From IMG/VR virus record IMGVR_UViG_3300028384_001500, positions 172,653 to 236,652 of that record: a stretch of 64,000 nt of DNA; one strand, given 5' to 3'. Shown one piece after another: positions 50,571 to 59,191 of the stretch. The notes below the pieces were generated by a model, which saw nothing but the letters and a program-made list of their open reading frames with translations, had not been told where the DNA came from and did not search any database. Position 1 is the first letter of the stretch; each line of letters opens with the position of its first letter. The position numbers were made by a program, and so were the translations under genes.

Positions 50571-51512
50571 ATGAATAAAGACAATAAATTAATAAAGCAA
50601 GTTTTAGATAATTTACAATTAGTAAGTGAAAAAAAGAAAGTAGATGGAATGAGAAGCGTTAAAAAAGGTGCAGACAACAATCCTAAAGTAACAAAAATGG
50701 ACTTTTTGCCCAATAAAGTTTTAGATAAAATAGCTAAAAATAAAAAAGTTAACGAAGGAGATACTAATCGATTAGTATGCCCTAATTGCGGTACACATAA
50801 TGAAGAAGGAATAGATAAATGTAAAAATTGCGGTCATCCTTATCCTTCTCCTAAAGATGGAAAAGAGTGGAAAGAGGTAGCCAGTGAAAGCTTAGAAAGT
50901 GTGCTCGAGTCTTTTATTAACTTAGATGAAAAACGTAAGAAAAGAAAAAAGGGTAGAAAAAAGAAGAAAAAAACTGATTTTGACGTTGGAGGACAACCGC
51001 AATACAGAGCAGGAAGGTCTAAAAAACAGATTAGTCGACAAGCTAGTTTAACTAGAAAGTATAACGCTGCAACAACTGAAAAGCAAAGGCAGAAATATAG
51101 AGACATGATAGATCGGTCAAGAGCAAAAGAAAGATTATCTGAAAGTTTAATATTAGATAAAGAATCACTTGAAGAATTGATTAATGAATCCATAGAAGCT
51201 GAAAAACTAGCTATTATGTTAGAAAAGATTGAAGAACTTGAAGAAAAAAAGAAACGTAAAAAAAAGAAAGGCGGCGGATTATCAGCAGCAGTTAAAAAGT
51301 CTTTAGATAAAAAAGCAGATAGAAGAGGACTTACACGTGGATCTGTATACGCTGAGTTTAGAAAAGGATTAGCAGCTTATTACTCTTCTGGATCCAGAAA
51401 AGGTATGTCAGCACATCAATGGGCTCATGCCCGCGTTAACTCTGCAAACCCAAGTAAGTCTTGGGCAGTTGTTAAAAAGCGCAAGGGTGGAAAGAAGAAA
51501 AAGAAGAAATAG
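50571..51512 (+). CDS. Lys/Arg-rich basic protein with a Zn-ribbon and a DUF5824-like C-terminal domain
   Basis: CPNCG...CKNCG; three poly-Lys/Arg tracts; VYAEFRKGLAAYYSSGSRKGMSAHQWAHARVNS. Confidence 0.6.
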   Translation: MNKDNKLIKQVLDNLQLVSEKKKVDGMRSVKKGADNNPKVTKMDFLPNKVLDKIAKNKKVNEGDTNRLVCPNCGTHNEEGIDKCKNCGHPYPSPKDGKEWKEVASESLESVLESFINLDEKRKKRKKGRKKKKKTDFDVGGQPQYRAGRSKKQISRQASLTRKYNAATTEKQRQKYRDMIDRSRAKERLSESLILDKESLEELINESIEAEKLAIMLEKIEELEEKKKRKKKKGGGLSAAVKKSLDKKADRRGLTRGSVYAEFRKGLAAYYSSGSRKGMSAHQWAHARVNSANPSKSWAVVKKRKGGKKKKKK

Positions 51513-52217
51513 TCAAAGACTTAAATCAACATCAAAAACGTTATCTTTCATGTCATAAAGTTTTTGTATATCTCCTTCAGAGCGTAGTACCTTATATATA
51601 ATATTCTCATCAGCCATCTCGCCGCTCTTTTCGAGACCTGCTGAACGCATATCACGAATTTTTTTTATGAGCTTTTCCAGTCCTTTAATGTTTCTATTCA
51701 TCTTGGCTTCTTCGATCTCCATATCAATAAGTCTTTTAAAGTACTTTACTTTTCTAGCAACATTAACGCCGTTAAACTCTTTTCTAAACTTTTTAGGTTT
51801 TTCAATCCATTTATCTTCTTTGACTGAGTATACTCCACTACTAGCATGGGGTTCATCCTTATCTTGTGCATACAATTCAACTTCTATGTTAAGTACTCTG
51901 ATGTCGTGCCTGTTATTCCAGAATTGTCTTTTAGCTTTTAAAAATTCTTCAACTAAATCTACATCTTTATTGATACCTGCTGGGTCTACAATTATATGCA
52001 GGTCAATGTCTGAATAGGGAGTGTAATTATAGTTTGCGTATGATCCAGTCATTGTAATATCAATAACATCAATAGGTACACCTAGGTATTCAATAAAGAC
52101 GTCTGCTATTTTTAACAACTGTTCGCGTATTGCAGGTTTTAACTTTTCTTCTTTCCAAAGTTTTTCTGATAACTCTTGGTGAGGTAAATGTTGTTTTATT
52201 TTGCCAGTAATTGACAT
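51513..52217 (-). CDS. Pol-beta superfamily nucleotidyltransferase
   Basis: TGSYANYNYTPYSDIDLH (GS...DxD) and a downstream VELYAQD acidic motif. Confidence 0.8.
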   Translation of the reverse strand: MSITGKIKQHLPHQELSEKLWKEEKLKPAIREQLLKIADVFIEYLGVPIDVIDITMTGSYANYNYTPYSDIDLHIIVDPAGINKDVDLVEEFLKAKRQFWNNRHDIRVLNIEVELYAQDKDEPHASSGVYSVKEDKWIEKPKKFRKEFNGVNVARKVKYFKRLIDMEIEEAKMNRNIKGLEKLIKKIRDMRSAGLEKSGEMADENIIYKVLRSEGDIQKLYDMKDNVFDVDLSL

Positions 52218-53128
52218 TTATTTTCTCCGTATAATTCTCTGTACTTAAGTATGGCTTGTTCTTTGGCTTTTGCCTCAAAAACAACATCAATGTCTAAACC
52301 GTAGTCTTGTACTTCTTTTAAAATATAATCACTATGTGCTTGAGGTTTAACGTCTAAGCCTTCATTAAGCGCCTTAGACTCTGAATAGTGACAACAAGGT
52401 CGTATATCACCCCAAGTGCTAGCAGCTAGCTTAAGAGCCTCTTCTTCTGTTTGACCACCGGTGCAGAACTTGTGATGGTGATAGTCAAATACAATAGGTA
52501 CACCGAGTCGTTCGTAGACCTGATGTAAGTCTTTCGTACTGTACATGCTAGCTTTGTCGTCATTTTCTAGTGTGATACGAGTTTTGACACTTTCTGGTAG
52601 TCTTTCGTAGTTTTTACACCAGCGATCGATAGCTGACTGCTTATCGCCGTAGGTAGCACCAATGTGTATATTAATCTTTGACCATCGATCACGAGGCATA
52701 CCGATAGTGTCCATAATTTTACCGTGTATAGATAAATCTTTGACAGCATTTTGCACAACATGTTCTTTAGGTGATGTAAGAATATTAAAAGGGCCTGGGT
52801 GGAAAGAAAGACGTATACCACAATGCTTTGCATAAGCACCAACTTTTTTGAGATTGATTTGAATTTGATCCCAATGTGGCAAGTCTTCCAATTCATATTC
52901 AGAGGCCCATGGGAATAGGCAGGATGTCATTCTGAATACTTTAATGTTGTGCTTTTGATTCCACATAAGAATAGGCAAAAGGTTTCTTGTATTATGTTCT
53001 GCCAACTCTGAGGCATATGCAATACCTTTTGCTTTGAAAGTACGCTTGATCATGCCGCGATTTGTAGTAATTTTTTGTGTTTTTTGAAGGTGCATATTAA
53101 TACATGCGTAACCTAACCTAATTGTCAT
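52196..53128 (-). CDS. uvsE: UV damage endonuclease UvsE/UVDE
   Basis: RLGYACIN; RLSFHPG; INIHIG; LENDD; FDYHHH; HYSES; AHSDY; EAKAKE. Confidence 0.92.
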   Translation of the reverse strand: MTIRLGYACINMHLQKTQKITTNRGMIKRTFKAKGIAYASELAEHNTRNLLPILMWNQKHNIKVFRMTSCLFPWASEYELEDLPHWDQIQINLKKVGAYAKHCGIRLSFHPGPFNILTSPKEHVVQNAVKDLSIHGKIMDTIGMPRDRWSKINIHIGATYGDKQSAIDRWCKNYERLPESVKTRITLENDDKASMYSTKDLHQVYERLGVPIVFDYHHHKFCTGGQTEEEALKLAASTWGDIRPCCHYSESKALNEGLDVKPQAHSDYILKEVQDYGLDIDVVFEAKAKEQAILKYRELYGENKCQLLAK

Positions 53129-53215
53129 AATAACTCCTTGATTGTATAGATATATTATATACTGTTATTTTATACGTTGCATTTTTGCATAATACTTAAA
53201 ATTATAAGGGTTTGT

Positions 53216-54004
53216 ATGTATGTAGATTATTTTATTAAACATTGGAGAGAAATTATGTGGGGATCTATTCTATCTTTATTTGGCTTGTTTTATTTATTTA
53301 GTTGTCAAGGTCACCCAAAAATAATTACGCCAAAGTTTAATAATAAATTTCAACATCAACTCTCTAACTTTGTGTTCTTAGTCAAAGAAGTCAAATTAAC
53401 TTTTTGTGATGAGATTGACAAAGAAATGGGAACATGTGACGAAGTCCAGTTTCCTGAAGCTTCTGCAAGTGGAGTTGTAATATCTCAGTCAAGTTCTCAT
53501 ATTTTTATTCTTACTGCAAATCATTTTTGTGTTGACGCTCCTCCCGAAGAAGACATGTCTCTTGTAGGTGAAAGAAAAATTAAAGTATTTATTGGTGACA
53601 CAGAAAGAGAGTCTCAAGTTCTCTATGAGGATGAAGAAAACGATCTATGTCTTTTAGGTTCTATTAAGCTCGAAAAAGAAAACTTTAAGACTGTAAAGTT
53701 CGCAAAAAGGATGCCTAAAATAGGAGAGAAGGTCTATAATTTTGCCGCTCCTAACGGTATAGGCTCACCTAATACAAGACTCGTGTTCGACGGATACTTT
53801 GCGGGTTGTGAACAAAAACTCTGCATGTACAGCATACCTGCAACTTTTGGAAGCAGTGGATCAGCTGTTTATAATGAAAAAGGAGAGTTAGTTTCAATTT
53901 TAGTTGCAGCAGCAATAGATTTTGAAAATGTATCAATGGGCCCGGATATACAAAAAATATCTGAATTAATAATATCTATCGATGATGTAATAGATATTTA
54001 CTAA
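53216..54004 (+). CDS. Trypsin-like (S1) serine protease, membrane-anchored or lipoprotein
   Basis: Triad motifs LTANHFC, NDLCLL, GSSGSAVYN; N-terminal hydrophobic helix ending LFSC. Confidence 0.85.
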   Translation: MYVDYFIKHWREIMWGSILSLFGLFYLFSCQGHPKIITPKFNNKFQHQLSNFVFLVKEVKLTFCDEIDKEMGTCDEVQFPEASASGVVISQSSSHIFILTANHFCVDAPPEEDMSLVGERKIKVFIGDTERESQVLYEDEENDLCLLGSIKLEKENFKTVKFAKRMPKIGEKVYNFAAPNGIGSPNTRLVFDGYFAGCEQKLCMYSIPATFGSSGSAVYNEKGELVSILVAAAIDFENVSMGPDIQKISELIISIDDVIDIY

Positions 54005-54019
54005 TAAAAAGAGGTAACA

Positions 54020-54427
54020 ATGAGATTAAATGTTGATCATGACCTGCATTATACACCTGAGCAGCTGAAACTTGCTGGAGAATTCATCCTATTCTGCGCA
54101 GATAGTTTACCAATAGAGGGAGACTTTAGTGTTTACCTGACCAATTCTCGGGAACAACACGGTATAGCAACAACTGCACTTTATGAAGTTGGAAATAATT
54201 GTTGCCGTGTCTATTGCAAAAACAGAGCACTGGCTGACGTATTAAGGTCGGTGGCACATGAAATGACGCATATGATGCAAGACCAAACCGGTCTAATAAG
54301 AGGACCAATTAGAGATGCAGGTGGATTTCATGAAGATCAGGCAAACGCAAAAGCAGGTGAGTTAATTAAACTCTTTGCAAAAAGTAAACCTGAAAATAGA
54401 ATGATTTACGAGCGTAGATTAAATTAA
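54020..54427 (+). CDS. Small HEXXH zinc metallopeptidase-like protein
   Basis: LRSVAHEMTHMMQ and downstream HEDQANA; GAGG SD. Confidence 0.7.
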   Translation: MRLNVDHDLHYTPEQLKLAGEFILFCADSLPIEGDFSVYLTNSREQHGIATTALYEVGNNCCRVYCKNRALADVLRSVAHEMTHMMQDQTGLIRGPIRDAGGFHEDQANAKAGELIKLFAKSKPENRMIYERRLN

Positions 54428-55138
54428 CTTTTGATAAAGTTTTGCCAATGCCTTGGTTGACGTAATTCTATTTGATGACATACCTACTTTTTTAAGCTCA
54501 TTTTCAAAATTTTTAAAATACTTAGGCATATCTTTATTAGCAAATTCAAAATGATGAAATTCAGTAATTCCTCTTCCCTTAGGTGTCTGACCTTTTTTTA
54601 GTGAAGCTTTTCCTGAGCTAAAAGCACCGCCCCAATACACTTTATTTTTATACTCAGGCAATTCTAAAAAAGAAATAATAGCATCAACTAATTTTTGATC
54701 TTTTACTAATATCGAATTAAACTTTTTATAGCTTGTATACTTTCCGTATTTTTTTGTGTGCATATAGACGTCTTGAGCAAGACCTGCCCCGTGCTTAGAT
54801 CCAGAAACCCTGTCTTTATTGCCTGCATTGTCAGCTGCAGCACTTAATGCTCTTGTCACGCCTAAGTTGTCAATTTTAAGTCCAATTTCTGGGTAAACAG
54901 AATTAACATAAGCTTCTAATTTTTTTCTAAATCCATCCCAGTAACCTTTTGGCGATATGCCTGTTCTAGGGTCACCTAAATACTTTTTTCCACCAGAGGC
55001 AGTTACTAGTTCTCCTTCATACGCAGATGATTTGTCTGTATTATTTGAATTATTGCTTGTTGTCTTGACATTATAGTCGCCTTTATTTTTGAGTTTTTCT
55101 CTTAATAACAGGCGTATTTTTTCTTCAGATATTATCAT
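54419..55138 (-). CDS. M15-family Zn peptidoglycan peptidase with the shared N-terminal leader
   Basis: SKHGAGLAQD (SxHxxGxAxD), YWGG, HHFEF. Confidence 0.7.
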   Translation of the reverse strand: MIISEEKIRLLLREKLKNKGDYNVKTTSNNSNNTDKSSAYEGELVTASGGKKYLGDPRTGISPKGYWDGFRKKLEAYVNSVYPEIGLKIDNLGVTRALSAAADNAGNKDRVSGSKHGAGLAQDVYMHTKKYGKYTSYKKFNSILVKDQKLVDAIISFLELPEYKNKVYWGGAFSSGKASLKKGQTPKGRGITEFHHFEFANKDMPKYFKNFENELKKVGMSSNRITSTKALAKLYQKLI

Positions 55139-56923
55139 TTAGTTGTACCTACCAGCAGGAAAATTTAAAACAATTTCAAATTTTCTTGTTTTGGACCTAA
55201 TTTTACTTCTAATTCTTGACGGCTCAATCTTTTCGTTGTCTGCGCTTCCGGCTTTTTCTAAATACCTTCTAACAACGTTTCTAAGATTTTCAAATTGCTT
55301 TGCAACTGGAGATCTTCTTTGACCAGGCGCTAATCTTACGTTTTTAACAACACCTTGACGATCTGTCACTATAGTTAAGTTAATTGTCCCACCAGAAATA
55401 TTTCCTTTAACCCTTTGAGAGACAGCATTTACTAAACCATTAGTAGTTCCTTCTTTAAAACCTATACTTTCTAAAGAAGATTTTCCTTGGCCTGCTAATA
55501 TTACTCTAACTGTAGGCTTAAGTCCAAAACCAGTATCAGTTAGCTCACTTCCTGAAATTGTTTCATTACCTGGTATTCTTTTTCGGCTGCGGCCTCCTGA
55601 ACCTCCACCTGATTTAATTTTTTTATTACCTGATCCATAATCAGTGTTTCCATTATAAGCATCAACAACAAACGCTAAACAACCGATTGATCTAGGTACA
55701 TATCCAGGAAAAGCTCCTATCATGTCACCTGAAACTTCCGTCCATGGATAAAAACCACTTTGATAAGTTTTTGAATATTCAAGTGTTTTAAAGACTGAAT
55801 GATATGTAAAAGAGTGGTTAAGCACTTTCCCCCAAAGATCGTCAGTTTGTGGGCCCCATTTACCATCAACTGTGATTTTCATTCCTAAGTTTCTTTCTTC
55901 TGAGTACTTGTTCATAACAAATTGTATTTTTTGAACGGTTGTTCCTTTTAAATCATTAGGATTGATAGGTACAATCTGAGTTGTAGGATCATCAGGTTCT
56001 GGTGGGTTGTTAATTAACTCGTTAACTTGATTTGAAAATTCAATCAATTCTTTTTCACTATAACAAGCTTTTTGTCCATTTCCGTCTTTGAAGCAAATAA
56101 CTGCCTTTCTTTTAAGATCTTGAATAGGCTTTCGGACATAGTCTTCCATATCGTTAGTAAAAGCTAAAGATTCTTCATCACTAAGTTCCTCATTAAAAAC
56201 TTTAACCAAGTCTTTTTTGTATTGCTGCTTAAAAGCTGATGCTGTTAACGACAAATCCATGAGTGAAGGCATTTCTCTAATAACAGTCTCAATTTCACCC
56301 TCATCAGTTCCCATTCCAAAAAAACCACCCTTGGTAGCTCTCCAGAGACGTTTGGCCATTTTAGTATGTAAGTCTAAGACATCATTGTAGTGTGTTAAAG
56401 AAGGAAAGTTTGCCAATTGATCTTGCATGCCGGCTTCTTTCATTTTAGCTTTTGTTTCTGTTTCAATTTTTTTAAGTTCAGCGTTTGTTTTTTCAGCCCA
56501 AGTTCCGTTAAGAATACCCTCAATGTCACTTCCCACGTCACCTTCATCTAATAAAATGTATGCAATTCCAAGTCCTATAGCAACGCCAGCACCAATAACC
56601 CAACCCGGAGGACCCCCCGATATAGCAGCTGCTGCACCGGATGCAGCACCACCGCCAGAAAGATAACCAGCTGCAATAGCAGCAGTAGTTGAATTAGCCA
56701 CACCACCTGCTGTTGCAAGCTGTGCTGCTGCGCCTAAAGTTAAGTTTGTAGCACCTAGCGCACCTAACCCACCTGTTACTCCGTATGTGGTAGCTGCCCC
56801 AGCGATACCTGCTGTTGCAAGATCACCAGCTATTTCTCCCCCACCTTGCTTGTATTTTTCTGCTTTTTCTGCAAGTATGCGCTTTCTAATTATTTTTCTT
56901 AATTCTACCTCTGATAATCTCAT
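55139..56923 (-). CDS. Multidomain protein: leader, Gly/Ala hydrophobic region, annexin-like repeat, peptidoglycan-binding-like domain
   Basis: AKRLWRATKG..GMGTDEGEI...FKQQYKKDL...EELS (annexin); VQKIQ...VDGKWGPQT (PG-binding). Confidence 0.65.
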   Translation of the reverse strand: MRLSEVELRKIIRKRILAEKAEKYKQGGGEIAGDLATAGIAGAATTYGVTGGLGALGATNLTLGAAAQLATAGGVANSTTAAIAAGYLSGGGAASGAAAAISGGPPGWVIGAGVAIGLGIAYILLDEGDVGSDIEGILNGTWAEKTNAELKKIETETKAKMKEAGMQDQLANFPSLTHYNDVLDLHTKMAKRLWRATKGGFFGMGTDEGEIETVIREMPSLMDLSLTASAFKQQYKKDLVKVFNEELSDEESLAFTNDMEDYVRKPIQDLKRKAVICFKDGNGQKACYSEKELIEFSNQVNELINNPPEPDDPTTQIVPINPNDLKGTTVQKIQFVMNKYSEERNLGMKITVDGKWGPQTDDLWGKVLNHSFTYHSVFKTLEYSKTYQSGFYPWTEVSGDMIGAFPGYVPRSIGCLAFVVDAYNGNTDYGSGNKKIKSGGGSGGRSRKRIPGNETISGSELTDTGFGLKPTVRVILAGQGKSSLESIGFKEGTTNGLVNAVSQRVKGNISGGTINLTIVTDRQGVVKNVRLAPGQRRSPVAKQFENLRNVVRRYLEKAGSADNEKIEPSRIRSKIRSKTRKFEIVLNFPAGRYN

Positions 56924-56924
56924 T

Positions 56925-57728
56925 TTATTCTTGTCCTTTTCCTAAAATTTGATTTGCCAAATCTTTTCCGCTACCGGCTCTTCTTGCATCGTCTCTATTT
57001 GATAATCCTTTGTTAGCAGCGTCTAAGCCGCCCTCAACACCAATTGCACCTAAAGTACCTACAGCACCCATCTTAGCAAAATCGCCTAGTTCATCTGCTA
57101 AACCACCTTTATATACGCCGTTGTATAAGAAGTCTTTTAAACTATCATATTCACAAAATATAGCCTCAATCTTAGGTTCAATAATCGGCCCAATCCATTG
57201 GTAAATAAACTGATTAACAACCTCTCTACCCGCTGCATTTATTAATCCGCCAAGCGCCTTATCTAATCTATCTAATAACTCAGGTGATTTAATTTTTTCT
57301 TGACCGGTAACTGTATAATAAATAACTTTGATCAGTTCAGCACCTTGAAGTTCTGTAATTGTTTCAATACCTGCACGAGCAACTAATGCTGGTATTTCTT
57401 TGCATTTCCCTTCCTCAAAATATTTACCCATACCTAAAATATTAAATTCTTCAATAAAATTCATTAAGAATCTAAAAACTACGCTTTGTTTATCAACACC
57501 CATAAGATCAGCAAGGTATTCAATCACTTGAGACTTAAATGCACTAACTAAACCACCGCCAAAAATATCCATAATATTTTCCTCAATAACACGAGGCTGA
57601 TATCCGGATAATTTGTAGTTGATTTGATCGATTCTTTCCATAATCAAATGATTGGTTTTTAATTCATTTAACATTACTTTGCTTTCAATAGACTCTTGCA
57701 CAAGCCTTCTTATTTGATATTTGTTCAT
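56925..57728 (-). CDS. Hypothetical protein with the shared leader and a C-terminal glycine-zipper-like segment
   Basis: Start placed at MNKYQIRRLVQE with GGAG SD; GAVGTLGAIGVEGG. Confidence 0.55.
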   Translation of the reverse strand: MNKYQIRRLVQESIESKVMLNELKTNHLIMERIDQINYKLSGYQPRVIEENIMDIFGGGLVSAFKSQVIEYLADLMGVDKQSVVFRFLMNFIEEFNILGMGKYFEEGKCKEIPALVARAGIETITELQGAELIKVIYYTVTGQEKIKSPELLDRLDKALGGLINAAGREVVNQFIYQWIGPIIEPKIEAIFCEYDSLKDFLYNGVYKGGLADELGDFAKMGAVGTLGAIGVEGGLDAANKGLSNRDDARRAGSGKDLANQILGKGQE

Positions 57729-57755
57729 TATTATGTTCTCCATGCATGATCTAAC

Positions 57756-57764
57756 TATAATTAT
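57756..57764 (-). promoter_or_regulatory. ATANTTATA putative late-promoter motif
   Basis: ATAATTATA about 28 nt upstream of the ATG at 57728. Confidence 0.4.
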
Positions 57765-57786
57765 TAACGTCTGATTAAATGTTATA

Positions 57787-58110
57787 TTATATTTCAATCA
57801 CATAAGAATATTTAACACCTGGATTGAATAATTGCTTCTGATACGGTCTGGCTTTGAAATCTTTAAGTATGTTGAAGTCTTTATCTAAAAATATAATATG
57901 AAGAGGAATTCCAGTATTTTTCATTGTAAAAGAATGATTTACGGGTGTATTATAAACAAACAACATACCGTGATTTTTTGGAAGTTCTTTTATTTTTGAC
58001 AGGCCTATTCTTTTTTTATTGGGAGTGTCAGCTATGGCTAGTGTGTAAGTCCTTCCCATAATTTTTGTTTTAATTCTCTTATAACCTTTAAAAAGTTGGT
58101 AAAAATGCAA
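57787..58110 (-). CDS. DUF192-family protein
   Basis: IADTPNKKRIGLS...GMLFVY...FTMKNTGIPLHIIFLD...YVIEI; start uncertain (TTG 58110 or a downstream ATG). Confidence 0.8.
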   Translation of the reverse strand: MHFYQLFKGYKRIKTKIMGRTYTLAIADTPNKKRIGLSKIKELPKNHGMLFVYNTPVNHSFTMKNTGIPLHIIFLDKDFNILKDFKARPYQKQLFNPGVKYSYVIEI

Positions 58111-58132
58111 CGTGCACCGCCTAATGATATAG

Positions 58133-58141
58133 TATAAATAT
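58133..58141. promoter_or_regulatory. AT-rich promoter motif in a divergent intergenic region
   Basis: Reads ATATTTATA on the minus strand (family motif) and TATAAATA (T4 late consensus) on the plus strand; orientation ambiguous. Confidence 0.4.
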
Positions 58142-58157
58142 ACACCAGGAGAAGAGA

Positions 58158-58616
58158 ATGTTTATGTTTGCAATATTTTTAACAATTCAAAATGCAAATG
58201 CTGACAAAGAGACGCTAGTAAAAGCATATGAATGGGAAAAAAAACCAGCAATACAAATTTGCGGTGATTCAAATGTAACAATTAAAGAAGTAAATAATGC
58301 CCTTTCTTATTGGCAAGATGAGCTAAATAATAAAAACTTGGTAAAAAGTGTATCTTACAAAGAAACATGCTCATTTAATAGATCAAATGTTATTTTATTT
58401 ACTAACGAATACAATAGAAGATTTGAAAAAGAACTGGCAAATACAAACTTAGACTGGTATTATTATGAAGGTGAAAGCCAAAAATATCTGAACACAGCAA
58501 AAGTAGCAATCCCTAATAATATATCATATAAGCGACAATTAACAATTACACATGAGTTAGGTCACGCCTTGGGTTATCACCACTCGAATCACGAAGTAAT
58601 GAAAAGCCATTTTTAA
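58158..58616 (+). CDS. Metzincin/matrixin-like zinc metalloprotease, probably secreted
   Basis: HELGHALGYHH (HExxHxxGxxH) with a Met-turn (EVM); signal-peptide-like N-terminus; AGGAG SD. Confidence 0.8.
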   Translation: MFMFAIFLTIQNANADKETLVKAYEWEKKPAIQICGDSNVTIKEVNNALSYWQDELNNKNLVKSVSYKETCSFNRSNVILFTNEYNRRFEKELANTNLDWYYYEGESQKYLNTAKVAIPNNISYKRQLTITHELGHALGYHHSNHEVMKSHF

Positions 58617-58620
58617 ACAA

Positions 58621-58644
58621 ATAAAAACTCCGGCCTGACCGGAG
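58621..58644 (-). terminator. Intrinsic terminator (minus strand)
   Basis: Stem ctccgg/ccggag with a 5-nt loop, followed by TTTTTAT on the minus strand. Confidence 0.65.
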
Positions 58645-58710
58645 CGAGCTGCCCAACTCTATGAGCGAAGAGCAGTACCCCGAGGGGGTCCTACTTTCTC
58701 TCCACCCTGC

Positions 58711-59169
58711 TTACTCAAGAAAATCATCTGGATATCGATTTGGGTTCCGATTTCTAGAATACCGATCAAGATTATAATCATCCGAACCCAAATAAGAGTC
58801 AGTCTTACTCCGAGCTAGATCATATGCTTTATCATCTAATGCACGTAGATCATGCAAAGAGTCAGGGTGAAGTGCACGATACCCGCCCGGGAAAAAAGGA
58901 TCAACCGGCTCATAGAGTGCAGCAGCCTCATTACCTAACCTTTCCATGTCACCAACTTCCATATACGCTATGTAGTTATCGACATAATCATCTGGACCGC
59001 CCAATGCGTCGACAAGAGAGTGGGCTTGTTCTACTGACCCCCTATCGATCAACGAGTTAATCTTTGCTACGTGACTATTAGGAATATGCGCAGGTAATGT
59101 CGGCTTAATCCGATGTTCAGATAAAACTTCCATGATTAGGTCTCGTAAACGTCTTCTATTTAATTTCAT
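58711..59169 (-). CDS. Single-unit paralog of the tandem-repeat protein, with the shared leader
   Basis: MKLNRRRLRDLIMEVLSEHRIKP...LVDALGGP...VGDMERLGN; start placed by GGAG SD. Confidence 0.75.
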   Translation of the reverse strand: MKLNRRRLRDLIMEVLSEHRIKPTLPAHIPNSHVAKINSLIDRGSVEQAHSLVDALGGPDDYVDNYIAYMEVGDMERLGNEAAALYEPVDPFFPGGYRALHPDSLHDLRALDDKAYDLARSKTDSYLGSDDYNLDRYSRNRNPNRYPDDFLE

Positions 59170-59191
59170 ATTATTTTCTCCAATTGCCTGC

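Noticed and set aside
467-57204. Dozens of 60-160 aa ORFs antisense to or nested in long genes (e.g. 26933..27397, 27410..27886, 24830..25255, 46337..46777)
   Set aside because: They are shadows of long opposite-strand genes, with Ser/Leu/Phe-biased composition, no SD and no motifs
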